Assembly: GCA_001949185.1 (NCBI GenBank)
Contig: BDGG01000002.1
Coordinates: 2,973,826 to 3,037,825, forward strand
Source: Ramazzottius varieornatus
Lineage: Eukaryota > Animalia > Tardigrada
Length of the DNA: 64,000 nucleotides
Direction: 5' to 3'
Part shown: positions 11,969 through 24,031 of the stretch, in pieces
How the letters are laid out: every line of letters begins with the position of its first letter
How positions within the stretch are numbered: the stretch's first letter is position 1
Translations under genes and position numbers: made by a program
Notes under the pieces: model-generated
Databases searched by the model: none
Seen by the model: only the letters and a program-made list of their open reading frames with translations
Told to the model about the DNA's origin: nothing

Positions 11969-14900
11969 CTTAAAAACAAAAGATAAAACAAATGAGGAGA
12001 ATGACGATTCAGGGTCTTCTGACCACTGAGCCCCTTCCCCTTCTCCCTATTGTTGTCAAAGTTCTTTGCGGAACACATAGTGATGTTGGCATAAGGGTAT
12101 CTCGACCTAATATAATTTTGATTTAATGAAGCCGAGCTGGCAGAGTTCGAATATAATCTTAATATCATATGCCGCGACCTCGGAGCATCTAATGATGTTA
12201 ATATATCAACTTTTTTCGTCGGGTGCTCATTTTAATATATCGTATTATTTCTGATCCGTGTGTGAACAGCAAGGGAACTTTCCTTCTCAGTCTCAACATC
12301 GCTTTGGCCCTACCGAAGCCAGGGAACTTTCCTCCTTACATACTTTTATCGTTTAAGTCCTCTTCAGACCCAGCAACAGATAGATCAAAATTCGACGAAC
12401 TCGACACACAGCGTTCGAAAGCGCAAAACAGAGCCTGGAAAAGCAGACAGGATCGCCTTCAGCAATGAGCATTGCGAGTATGCAAGTGGATCGCCGGACT
12501 CATGAACCTGCACTATCCAATCAAACGAAGTTAAAAATCAGTGTATCGCCCTGAACGCTGATCAATACACGGTGATATGCAGGTGCGTGACGCGTTTCGA
12601 TCCAACCCAACAGCGCACTGTGCAGAGTCGCACGCTGTCGCTTGGCGTAAATCAAGTCTCATTTCAATCAACCGAAACTGAAATCGCGTATTAATAATTT
12701 TAATATGGAGCGCCCTGCGAGTTGATTTTAATACAATATATTCGGCTCTGGTTTCCATCTAATTTAATACTAATAGATATCCTGCCTCGTTCGAGGCATC
12801 TGATAAATGTCGAAATAATATGTTATATGCCAAAGGCATCTAATAAGTTTTAATTTGATATAATATTCATACATGCCAACATCACTAGGAACACATTTGA
12901 AAACGGGCAAAGTTTTTCTGATTGGTAAGAATGAATGTGATATGCTAGGAAACAACCAACTCCCCGCGAGGTCTCGCCACTGACGCCGAACTTCGCGTAA
13001 TTCGAAATCGAAGGTAGACTAAACCATCAAAATAGCCATTTGGTCGCCGCAGGTTACTCCTCGACGAAACGTCCGATTGTCTTACTTCTTGGTTTGTTCG
13101 AGAGTTCGGTGTCTGGTGCATTTTGGAGATGCGATGATGCAGAGGTTCGACATATCCAGATCACACTGTGGTGAACAACAGACACTCAATGTTGAAAATT
13201 GTTCGCCATGCTGACTGGTTTTCTGATTCTGTTCGTGCCGTGTCACATGATCATGTAGAACAACTCTTATTCTTTCATCAACATTTTGAACGATCGGAAT
13301 CAGGTTGCAGGGACAGGACAAACGATTTTTCGAATAGGGGGATCACTCTTTATTGGGAGACAGTCAGTTTGACAGTGTATTGTGGTCGCAATACTACAAA
13401 AAGCATAGCGCGCACAAACCATACCAGACCAAACAACGAATGTACGCTCAAACACAATACACCGAAGTTTCCGCGTGGTAAATGAAACTCCGCAATTTAC
13501 ATCGTAACATTTGTTACGGTGTAAATCGTAACGTTTGTTTTTCTTAACCGAAATTAATACTTGAAAGTACCGATCTGGTGGGGTAGAATCCGGTTCCGAA
13601 GCGTGGAGAAAGACTGCCCGGGACACGCAGATTTCGCTGTTGTGTGTGATATTATACCGGTTAGCACGCTCGGAACACACCAGGACTGGTTGTCTCCGTG
13701 CTTGTTTACACCACCTTGCGTATCTGTTTTCTTTCACATATATCACCCTCGAACGCTACGTCGCTAACCGTATTGCTGAAACCGACCACGGCAGAAACAG
13801 TGCATCGTAGTAGTGAGAGTCCGCTCGCAGGAGATCAAAAGTCAGGTCAGCCTGCTGCCCAGAAGTTCCGCAGTTCAGCATCTGAACATACAATTCGGTA
13901 ACTCTTGCGACAGTGACACCATCGTAACCTAAAACTTGGTATGGAAGAGGAAGCAGGCGAAAAAGAAGTTGTCACATCGAAACCGCAGGATGAATGACAC
14001 AGTATCAGCTGTAGCGCTCGTTTTGTATAGCCTCCCCGGAATCGCTTGGTCTGTATTGATTAGGGTGCATCTATTAATGACATCAGGCACCCAGGGAGGG
14101 ATGATGGGTACGTGAAACCTGTCAGCAGTCTCACGAAAGCCAATTGATTGCTTGAATTCCCTGACATGGAGGGGGCTGGTCAAGCCTCCTAATATCGAAG
14201 CCTGACGTCATTAATGAATGCTCCCTACCATCCAGTTGTGCTTCGGAAACCGAGATTTCCACCACTGATGTGCTGCTAAACATCGCCTTGCTGGTGAGCA
14301 AGACGCATGATCAAGCCCTTGACTGACATCGCCAAGGCGCAGTGTGGGGCCGATTTTAGTCATGACGTAGTTAATTCGCTCCTGATAAAAAAAGCGCTGT
14401 TTGATTAAACTGGAAGACCAGTCAATTCACCACTCCCGCGGCCATGACTTGACACAAAAGACATTTGTTTCTGGATTGATTGAGTGCTTCGACTGCCACG
14501 GGGTTTGAAAAAGCAACAGAACCACATTCGACGCGATGGCTTCCAGTTCACGAGTCAGTGTTGCGCCATTTTGATGGTTGGATGTTTTATTTATTGCGCA
14601 TTTTGGCTCAGATGGAGGCGAGGTTTAGCAGCAATCCAGTGATTTCCACCCTATTTCTTGTTCCCAGCGTTTCCATCCTGCCGTTCCCGCCCTGTGTTTT
14701 CTCAGGATGGGAGTTTCCCGGTCTTGTATATCAGAGCCGGTTAGGGTGGTGGTTTTCCCACCATTCCCGGGTCTAGCTTAGGCATGATCGTGACAGGCGC
14801 ATGGGATTTGATACGGATTGAGAATAAAAAGTTTGTGGAACCCCGGTCAACTCGCGCATCGTTTTACATAACGGAGTTTGCGATATTAGCTTCACCATTT

Positions 14901-15157
14901 GCGACACACATTGACTTTTCGACAGACCTATAAAGGACTCGCTTTACTCGTCCTGTTAAGGCTCTTCTGCATAGCATGGCCATAAAGGACTATCATAACG
15001 TTCTATTCATCAGCTACGAGGTATTTCCTCAAAAATCTACATTTCGGTTTTTGTGTTAGTTAATGGACTTAAGAGATTTGACCTCCTGTGGGAAACATGC
15101 TGCTTGTTCTCATTCAGCGAAAGGTGGTCCTTTGAACAATCTCAACAGATACAACTA

Positions 15158-15298
15158 CTGCAATACTACATGAACTTCGCGAACTACATCATCATACGCA
15201 TGTAGTTGTGCCCCAGTCCGAAAATTTTGCCCTGCCAGCCCCTTAAGGGATGTTTCGCGTATAATGACTTCCTTCGTGAAGTTCATGAAGCATGACAG
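15158..15298. mobile_element. MITE family A, copy 2, flanked by TA
   Basis: TA|ctgcaatactacatgaacttcgcgaa ... ttcgtgaagttcatgaagcatgacag|TA. The TA target duplication indicates the Tc1/mariner-pogo superfamily. Confidence 0.8.
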
Positions 15299-15885
15299 TA
15301 CCCCGTACAGGACTTGACAGCGTTAGATGAGGGCATCGAAAAACGATTTTGCACAGACCAATGCAAACTGCACTATTCCAGACCGATTGTTACTCATAAG
15401 ATCGGAAAATGTCGTACCTGTTGGAGACTGTCCAAATTTGGAACTTTTTGCTTGTGAGTTTCGTCTTGCCGTGTTCCCAGCCTGTGGTTCTTTTGGACTC
15501 CAGCAACGTGGTCAGAACACCGTTTTCTGATAGAAGCACTCTTTCTTGCAATCTCATAGCAATTAGGCCCCCAAAAGTCCCCTCGAGCTTTGTCTGCCTG
15601 CTCAGATAAACAAACAACAAACAAAAAATAAAGAAAAGCGCATAGATCCAGAATAGGCAATGTCTTGGAGGGACCATAATATTCAACCATGAGTCGGAAC
15701 AAAAGCTTTCCCTTTCTTTCACTTGGACAGAGAAGAACTCTGCAGAAGCTGGATCGTGACAGCCTGCTTTTGGAGCGTATAATAGATCGTTCCAGTGAAA
15801 CTGAGTGTTTTGCTCTCTGTCTACCTGCACCCTCGAGGCTGCCTTCTCTTTCTCCCATGTCTGGGAGAAAGCAGCTTGACGGTCG

Positions 15886-15892
15886 TATAAAA
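15886..15892 (+). promoter_or_regulatory. TATA box of the Gly-rich peptide gene
   Basis: TATAAAA about 150 nt upstream of the ATG at 16041, embedded in a direct repeat aaagcagcttgac. Confidence 0.55.
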
Positions 15893-16040
15893 GCAGCTTG
15901 ACCACCGGGCAAACTTGGCGCATTATCATTGCCAGGTACTTTGGCTTGTGCTCAGCGGTACCAGGGCTCCTTAATTCAGATCTCACTTTTTCTTCAGCAG
16001 TTTTGTGTACTGTGAATTCCGACAACTCCAACAAGTTATC

Positions 16041-16373
16041 ATGCCACCGAAAATCGCAGTGGTAAGCTAAAAAGCAATCGAATCGTAGACCATCATACTT
16101 TAAGGGTCTACTTCTTATTTCTGCAACAACTTGCGTGCTGTTTGATAGGTTTTTCTGGCTCTGTGGACTCTCTTCACCGCGACACACGCCCAGTTCCTCG
16201 GAGGCCTCGGCGGACTCGGACTAGGAGGCATTGGCGGTTATGGTGGCTACTCATCAACTTCCTACTACGGCGGATTTGGTCTGGGAGGAGGCATTGGAGG
16301 GCTCGGCCTCGGTGGACTGGGCTATGGTGGGCTGGGATATGGAGGACTAGGATACGGCGAACTGCTGGGATGA
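16041..16373 (+). CDS. secreted Gly/Tyr/Leu-rich peptide precursor, 81 aa, 2 exons (16041-16061, 16149-16373)
   Basis: Spliced translation MPPKIAV|VFLALWTLFTATHA-QFLGGLGGLGLGGIGGYGGYSSTSYYGGFGLGGGIGGLGLGGLGYGGLGYGGLGYGELLG*. Canonical gtaagc...tag intron, signal peptide, upstream TATA, and varied Gly codons indicating selection on the protein. Confidence 0.85.
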
Positions 16374-16570
16374 TCTGTTTCTTTCGTTCCGATCTTATAG
16401 TCTTTCCATAAACCTCTGCTGGATAGAGCTCTTAAAATTAGATGCATTGACTGCTCTCGTAGAAATTCCTCTGTTTATCGTAGCAAACTCGTGTGCTTGT
16501 GCAAAAATGGAGCTTTTTGAATTTATCGCTATTACAGGAGTCACACTGACCAACACCGACAAAGAAAATT

Positions 16571-17410
16571 TCAGAGGTCTTTATCTCGAATAAAACGGTT
16601 GCCTTCACTTTGCTTTCCTCTGTAGCAGTAACGTAATCGCCCAAAACTCGCTGACGTTGCGAAATTAGAAGCGCCAGGGGTTTTTCTCCGAGTGAAGGTG
16701 GCTGTGGGGAAGAGCTCTTCAATCAGTTCCATGTCCAAGGGACCCACATGCTTTGCCACCAGTTGATCGGAGCTTCGGCGCGCCCCCACTGGGCTACTGT
16801 CCAAGAAGCGTAATTCCGACAGTTTCTCGGTAACCTTCCACCTTTAAGAAAACTTTTCTCTGTACGTGATACTCAAAGTACTATAAGAATTTATTCATGA
16901 CGGTTCACCTGTATTCCTGATAGTCTCTTTCGGTGTAGCTGGAATTTTCCATCTCAGTCGGACACGCGGGATTTCCGAGAAGACTTAGATAGACAATAAC
17001 CGGTGTGCAACTTGTAATCTTGTTCAGAAGACTGTCAAGGTTGGAAATGTTATTATTGTTGAGAGACAGCTCATGTAGGTTAGAGAGTCGAGGAAGCTCA
17101 ATGTCATCTCCGAGATCATTATTATCCAGGATGAGTATCTGCAGACTGGCGAACCTTTCCAGTCCGTGGAGCGACGTCAGGCTGTTAAAGCTTAGATCCA
17201 CATAAGTCACGATGGCGCAGAGATCGTCGGACAAATCAATTTTCGTAAAGTCTCCACAGTCTTTACCTACATCCGTCACCTGCAAGAACAAATTCGGGCT
17301 TACTGAACGGGTGTATCCCCATTTTATACCTGGCGACACATTCACGAACGAAATATACAAAGATTGCAATTACTTACTTTGAGGAAACTGTCTTCCTGGA
17401 AGACTACCAT
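16571..17410 (-). CDS. LRMDA: leucine-rich melanocyte differentiation-associated protein orthologue (C10orf11); 3 exons
   Basis: VDLSFNSLTSLHGLERFASLQILILDNNDLGDD...YLSLLGNPACP...DYQEYR|...LRFLD and the family C-terminus YRGKQSEGNRFIRDKDL*. Confidence 0.88.
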
Positions 17411-18110
17411 ATTTCTGAGGGAAGTAACAGCACTGTGTTTATTTCAATTTATTAAAACAAAAAACCATCTGAACGTTTGGAAATTAATTTCGCCGTAATC
17501 GGAGCATCAAATAAAAACCCCCGAAACGCATCTCTGATCTAACCCACCAATGTTTATAAGAATGCGAAGATACCACTCGGTTCAGATAAGATAAGCATGA
17601 GCTCGATGCTATAGCACCATGGCGAAATTCAGTACTAGCTGTACTCGAGTACGGTAGCAAAATGTATGATTAGCTCTCGGCTTTTTCGCAAAATGGCCTC
17701 TTAACCGGCACGCCCATATTTGGAGGAGAATACAACCAGTTTAATAAAGCACCAAGCCTTTTCCTATCCGGTGCCTCAGCACCCCCTAGGATTTGACGTT
17801 TCCGAATCGCAGTATTCGATCTCCGACAATTAGGAGGAGTAACTCCTTGCGGAAACCCAAGTCTAATTAAGGCGCACCACACGGAATGAATCCCGCTTTC
17901 CGGAAATTACGCTTACTCGCGGGAGGTCCACTCTGTAGAGATTCAAACTACTGAAGGTTCGGGCAGCCGCTTTGTCGAATTCATAACTTTATTTCAGGTG
18001 TCACAGATCAGTTTAAGCCCGAAGGATAGTCGGATAGCGACTTGAACGTTTTAGCTCGCTCTTTAATATCTCGTTCCAGATATCGAACGCTGGTCGAAAA
18101 TCAGGTCGAC

Positions 18111-19280
18111 ATGACGGCAAACTACAATCCCTCAGTCAATCATACCCAGAACTTTTCAATTCCTCTCACCAACACCCATGAGCTTCATGCGGCCTTTGCG
18201 GTCTCGACTATCGTAGGACTCTTCGGAGTCTTGGCCAACCTTCTTCTCCTCATTGTCATTATACGCTTGGTCCGCCACAACCCTGACAGCGGCAGTCATG
18301 TCCTCATCGCCAACCTGGTCCTCATCTATCTCCTTTCCTGCTGCCCAGTCCTCCCCATGGTCAGCATTCCTTTCGCTCTGTCCATCTCCATGCCCGACGC
18401 CTACTGTCGATACCATTCGCTCTTTACCTACATAGTCTACTGGTCCGCCAACTGGACCGAAGCTTGCTTAGGCTTCAACCGGGTCGTGGCCATCTACTTT
18501 CCCCATAAATACTCAAAGTACTGCAATATCACAGTCAACTGTGTCCTCGTTGCTCTCACATGGCTGCTCAGCCTGGTCATGACGACCTTGGTGGCGTTCT
18601 TCGGTGGCGCCACTCGAACCGTCGTCTTTGGTCAATGTGAATTCAACGTCAAGAGCCGAGCTGGTGGAGTGATTATAGCGTTGAATACGTTCGTCCCTTG
18701 GGCTCTTATCGCTCTTGCGTCCATTGCCGTAATATGGCGGGCCTTACAGGTCTACCTAGCTAGGAAAGTGGAAGCGACGGGGAACCCGCGGTCGAATGCA
18801 CAGTATAACTCATACCGAAGGAGGCTACAAGTGGCTAAAATGTTGCTGCTGTCTTTCATCTGGGGAACGCTGTGCAAGATGCCGTTCTTCGTAACTGGGG
18901 CTGTGAATAAAATGTTGTTCATAACCGTGCCACTATTGAATAGTTGGTTCAAAGTTATCGTCATCGCGGAGTACGCCGTCAATCCGGTAAGTGGCGACGT
19001 TGTTCGGATCTCAGCCTCATTGAAGTGCCACTTTTCTACGCTATCTTGCTCGTAGATCATCTTTTTCGGGATGAGTGAGGATTACCGAAGCGGGTTGGCT
19101 GCACTGTGGGCGTATGTCCATTCGAGCAGAACGAGTCGACCTTCCCGGACACTCAGGAGAAAAAAGCGTGTCAATGCTGTTCTGCTCCAACTAACGACTA
19201 TTACAGAGGGTAGAGGGGAAACCACGCACAGCTCCACTGCTGCCACCACTCGAACCAACACACGCGCGCATGCTGAGTAA
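18111..19280 (+). CDS. orphan class A (rhodopsin-like) GPCR; 2 exons (intron about 18988-19055)
   Basis: Seven hydrophobic segments; TM1 LAN, TM2 IANL, Cys at the start of TM3, NRV in place of DRY followed by AIxFP, and spliced TM7 NPIIF...SEDYR helix 8. Confidence 0.85.
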
Positions 19281-19759
19281 CACCTAGCTGGAAACTTTGA
19301 GTATCCGCAGAAGCGCTGAATGTCTCTCCATATTTCTGTGTGACCGGATATAGCTACACTGCTATCATACAGGAAGAACATTTTCTATGTTTCCGCTGAG
19401 TGACATTTACATCAACATTATGGATTAGTTCTACCTCGCGCTTTTATCATACGAACATTTTCTATCGCACAAATATTGAACGAAGAGGCAGAAAGAATTG
19501 ATCATTGTGGCACAGAAAAGCGAGGCTCGACTGACGTGCGAGAAGTCTCAAGGGATCGGCAGGAGCCAAGATGTATGGTTACGAAGGCGAAAAATCGGCA
19601 GGAAGGTCAAGCCGGCCACATCCGGATGGATAATTACAGTGAAAGTGCGAGGTATACATCGAAAGGGAAAAGTACTTCTGTGCGACGTCACCGGAACAGG
19701 CCTAGGAGATGTACATGTAGCCGCTCCAGGTATGCAGCGTCAAGGTCAGAACCCAGTGC

Positions 19760-19933
19760 TCAATATTTGCAGATAATGTAACAAGCGTGAATGATACCGG
19801 GTATGTAACCGAGGATCGTCAGGAGGATGTTGATGGCCAGGTCAGCTTTGCAACCTCGTTCCAAGAATACTCCCAGCGGAGGGAAGAAAAAGGCTAACAG
19901 GAACTTGCAAATATCCGTGCATGTCAGCGGCAT
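19760..19933 (-). CDS. Pmp3/RCI2 (UPF0057) proteolipid membrane potential modulator, 57 aa
   Basis: MPLTCTDICKFLLAFFFPPLGVFLERGCKADLAINILLTILGYIPGIIHACYIICKY contains the PPLGV / INILLT.LG..PGIIHA signature. Confidence 0.93.
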   Translation of the reverse strand: MPLTCTDICKFLLAFFFPPLGVFLERGCKADLAINILLTILGYIPGIIHACYIICKY

Positions 19934-22002
19934 GTTTCCGGCAGAGCAAGGACGTCCTCGCAGAGAATGAAACAGATCGGCGTGGCGCGGAGTACGACAA
20001 GCGAATGTTCGGCCACAAAAGGATGGTTTGATTGTGATAAACCAAATTATTAATACATGGAGTTTCACTCAAAGCGAGAACCACCCTCACACGGGTTATG
20101 CAGTCAACTGCAGTACACAGGTGAGAAATTTGTGCAATGGGATTTGGCTTGTTGACCTGGTTATCGGAATCGATAAAGCTTACTTCAGTGATATTGACAT
20201 CGCAAACATCAGGCACAACGCTCCACCATAGACGTCGAACTACAGTGCATCGGGTGAAGGGTTCCGTTTACGTCTGCATTTGCACGGTTGGGAATTTACC
20301 GGCAGCCTTGATATAACATGACACTGGCGTCCGCAGCATTTTACCGTTTCATGGTTCCTGAAACCGTGGATTACGAACGGAAAGCCTGAGAGCCATGTGC
20401 ACCGTTTCGCAGTTACAGTACACTGCTGCCATCTGTGTGGCGCACCTGTCCGCGATGCAGTCCAGTTACTCAAGAACAATCTACCAGCGTCTATCTTTTT
20501 CGTTGCTTGATTCATCAGAATGGGAGACTAATTTTCAATGGCTAGATAAGCAGGACGGGAAAGAGTATGCAATTCTTCCCGCAAAGCAAAAGGAAGGAAG
20601 CTACCCAACGTCGTCCGCGGAAGAAAACTTCGCATGGACGGCGATGTCGCCATCAAAATGAATTATTTGTAAAGCAGCGCGGGTCGTTGGCTTTAATCGA
20701 GTCGAATTGTTCATTTGAGAAGGAGGAATCAAATTCATCAATGATGCTCTTTGATAGCAATCCCGGCAGATCATGATGGGCCAGTTGACTTTGAGGAGCT
20801 GCCCATTCCGGCGAGGGTACAAAGGATGCTGCGCCAGTCAGCCAAATATCAAGCCAGATTGAGCCTATGAAAGCCATATCGGCGTATCTTTAATTAAATT
20901 GACAAGTTACAAATGCATACCAATTTGTACTTATCCCTTTTCATGACTGTCCAAAATCAACGATGCAGCACGTGTTATTACTATCAAGATTGCCTTCACG
21001 CTCTTTGCACTTTCTTCTTCCGGGTCTGCTTGGTTCGCTGTGCAAATCCGACAGCATGTACTTACACAACGAGTGTCCGCTTCATATTCTCGGAATTCTT
21101 TTGCGATGACGAGTTTCTACAAGGACTTTTTAAATTCCATGTCAACATATGCTTGCGACCTGAATGAAAACTAAAAGTTGTGGAAAACTTGCTGGATGCA
21201 GGAGTCTGACAAAATTCGGGACGACTATTATCTCAAGTGGCCCACCGTTCCTGCCAATCACTGCGATACTTGAGATAAATTATCCCGAGACTGTTTTCCG
21301 GCCTGCCAAAAAATCAAAGTAAATTTTGTTTCACGCATCAGAAACGGCCTTGGTCAAGAGCGTAGTACCGCTGAAGTATGCGATCGACATGATGGAGGAA
21401 GTGAGAAAGCTGGAATCGGCAGGTGACAATGAATTCCGCGTCAGAAAGCAGCCGACATTAAACGCGCTCGTTGAGCAAAGCCGAGAATACATTGAGACTT
21501 GCTGGTGGCATTAATTATGGATTAAGCCATTGTATTCGAAAGGTAGATTTGCGTGAATCGTTCTGAATAGAAAAGAGGATTGGCTTGATTGTGTCTAAAC
21601 GTGATACTCTCTCAAGTTGATGGGTCCATATAGAGATGATATTCGGCTTTTGGGATAGCATTTGACTTGAGGATATTCTTTAGATCAGGAGTCATTCTTC
21701 CCGCCATAGAAACCCAAATGCTGTCCGTCCTTCATGAGTGGTAATCACTCATGCTGACTTTTGTCATCCAGGTCTTTATGTCCTTATGATAATTTGCATT
21801 TGAAGGTTCTGAATGAGATCACATTGACGCCCTGATCAAAAGCCGCACTCGCTCCTACCGTTTTCCGTCATTACGCACCGGCAATGAGAATCAATTGACC
21901 GCTTCCTCCTTCGAATTACCTTGACCACCTCATGTTACCCATAAAAATACATCATTGCCACACAATTACGATATCCCAAGCTCTGGCTTTTTGGTCTGGC
22001 CG

Positions 22003-22146
22003 GATCATTTTTCCAAGTGGCGCACGCCTCCAGCCAAGAGCAATATGAAGATGCGCAGTTGGGAAAACGACCGTGTCGAGCTTGTTTTCCCAAACGGCGC
22101 ACTTTCATGCTTGGCAGTCTGCGCCACTTGGGATGAAGATCTGGCT
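22003..22146. repeat. palindromic repeat family B (CCAAGTGGCGCAC-N~25-GTGCGCCACTTGGG), double-unit copy
   Basis: gatcatttttccaagtggcgcac ... tgcgccacttgggatgaagatc; homologous copies listed in findings. Confidence 0.75.
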
Positions 22147-23229
22147 CAGTTCATTTGCCTAGGTCCCACATAACGCAGGACCTGTCCTCTAATTTCCGTG
22201 CCCTTTTTTAATACTGCCGCTGGTGAACGATCTTGCGCGGTCTTGTCGTAGAATCGACGTTGACTACAGGTGAAATTTTTGCGTGCTAGTGTTATGGAGT
22301 ATGGTTGGTTGATAGCAGTAATTCTTCCATAAAGCTCTTCAGTAAAAGATTAAGCTTTACAACCAGCCGAAATTGGATTGTGAAAAGTGTATAAATTTGA
22401 TAAGCAAGACGTGATATGAAGCGCCTCGGAAAAACAGCGATATCGTGTCAGATGGACAAAGCAACGTGCTCATAAATGTGATTGCAGATATTTTAATGAC
22501 TTTGATATATCATTTGTGGTGCCATACTGTACCATGAGAACTTTCTTTGCCAACGCTGAGCCGTGCTTTTTTGCAAGTTTCTTTTGGCAGATTGTGTCGC
22601 AAAGAGCCACTTGACAGCTCGGCTCGTAACCGAGAAAGATGTCTGCTCATTCGAACTGAGAGTTCTGGCCATGTTATCACGCTGGGCTCTTAATCTCCAT
22701 CAAAGGCCGGCAACACAATATGGAGAGCTTATCAATTGATGACTGTTGATCATGAAATCAAATGATCAGCGAGAGTGCTAGTTTGTCACAGCTTAATAGC
22801 CTGACACCGAAAAGGCGCGCTAGAGACCCTTTATATTCCATCCCCTTTTCCCCAGAGCGCAGCTGTGCATTAGAACAGATACGTTTAATTTCATTACGCC
22901 ATCAAATTAAATCCTTTTTCAAACTTTCTCCTCTTTTCCGCATTCCCAATCGATAATCCTGCCTAAAACGGCCCCAGTCGAAACTGTCCTTGCACAGCGT
23001 TGCTGTGGACTCGTTGCAGTGTAACTGTTTTCCGCAATATAAAATCTCACAGAAAACTGCCAACATATGTAATTTGCAGTGAGAAAGTTCTACTGTACGT
23101 ACAAGTCCTGGTCCCACGATTAGGTGTTGTCCGACACAGTGGTTCCGACATGAAGTTTTCTCATGGTGATATTATGTTCCTTTTCCATTTTTAAACGATG
23201 AGTTCTTCACTGTACAGGGTCCACGGGTT

Positions 23230-23436
23230 GAGATCTGGACAAAAAAATCGACCAGATCATTTCCCCAAGTGGTGCACGCCTCCAGCCAATAACACCGTTG
23301 AACGCGCGCCATCTAAGAAAACCAACTCGCATCGCTTGTTTTGCTGAGTGGCGCACACTTTGAGCCAATATTACTGTACATTTGCGCCACATTGGGGAAA
23401 ACGGTTTGGTCAAATCTGTTTGCCGAGATCCCAGTT
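23230..23436. repeat. palindromic repeat family B, double-unit copy
   Basis: gagatctggacaaa..accagatcatttccccaagtggtgcac...tgcgccacattggggaaaacggtttggtc..tttgccgagatccc. Confidence 0.75.
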
Positions 23437-24031
23437 CAATAGTGAAAACCAAGTGGAACCAAGGACTCAGTCGGCATCGATCATTTCATCTCCGAAACTA
23501 ATAACGTTAATACGGAACCCCATATCCAATCGTCCGCCTACTTCACACTTTATCCAATTCAAATATTTCGATCCAACAGTGCCATATGATCTTGTCTATG
23601 GACCTGGGCCGGGCATACTTGTCAGCGCACGAACCCAGGACGGATATGGTTGAAGTGGGCTGGTTAATATGCACTTTATCAATCGGATCGAGACAGCAAT
23701 AACCAGCGACGTGCCGCCAATGAGGCCAACGTCATTGGTTGTCCATCAACCACTCAGACGTACGCATCGTGATCAACTATCCATAACCATATCATATCCA
23801 CTGCATAAAACCAGTTTTCTTTCTTCATCATCACACATACATGCACCGGCATACAAACAATATCAAAACGCCACTTGACAAAACATCACCGTATCTTTTA
23901 GCCATTCTTTACTACGCAACTTTTGGACCTTCTTCGTGACAAGCGACGTTTGATATTTGCGTAACTGCTGATTATCACATCATATTATTCGTGAGTTTGC
24001 TGGTTCCAAATCCTGACTTCCAAGTTTTAGA

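Noticed and set aside
15390-16187. 265-aa minus-strand ORF with one hydrophobic stretch (MVPPRHCLFWIYALFFIFCLLFVYL)
   Set aside because: It overlaps the promoter and exon 1 of the better-supported Gly-rich gene. The hydrophobic run derives from an A-rich tract, with no recognisable domain or convincing downstream exons. A small gene cannot be fully excluded.
20500-21560. Short ORFs upstream of Nkx6 (e.g. 20653-20877, 21326-21514)
   Set aside because: No recognisable motifs or consistent exon chain; more likely regulatory or decayed sequence.
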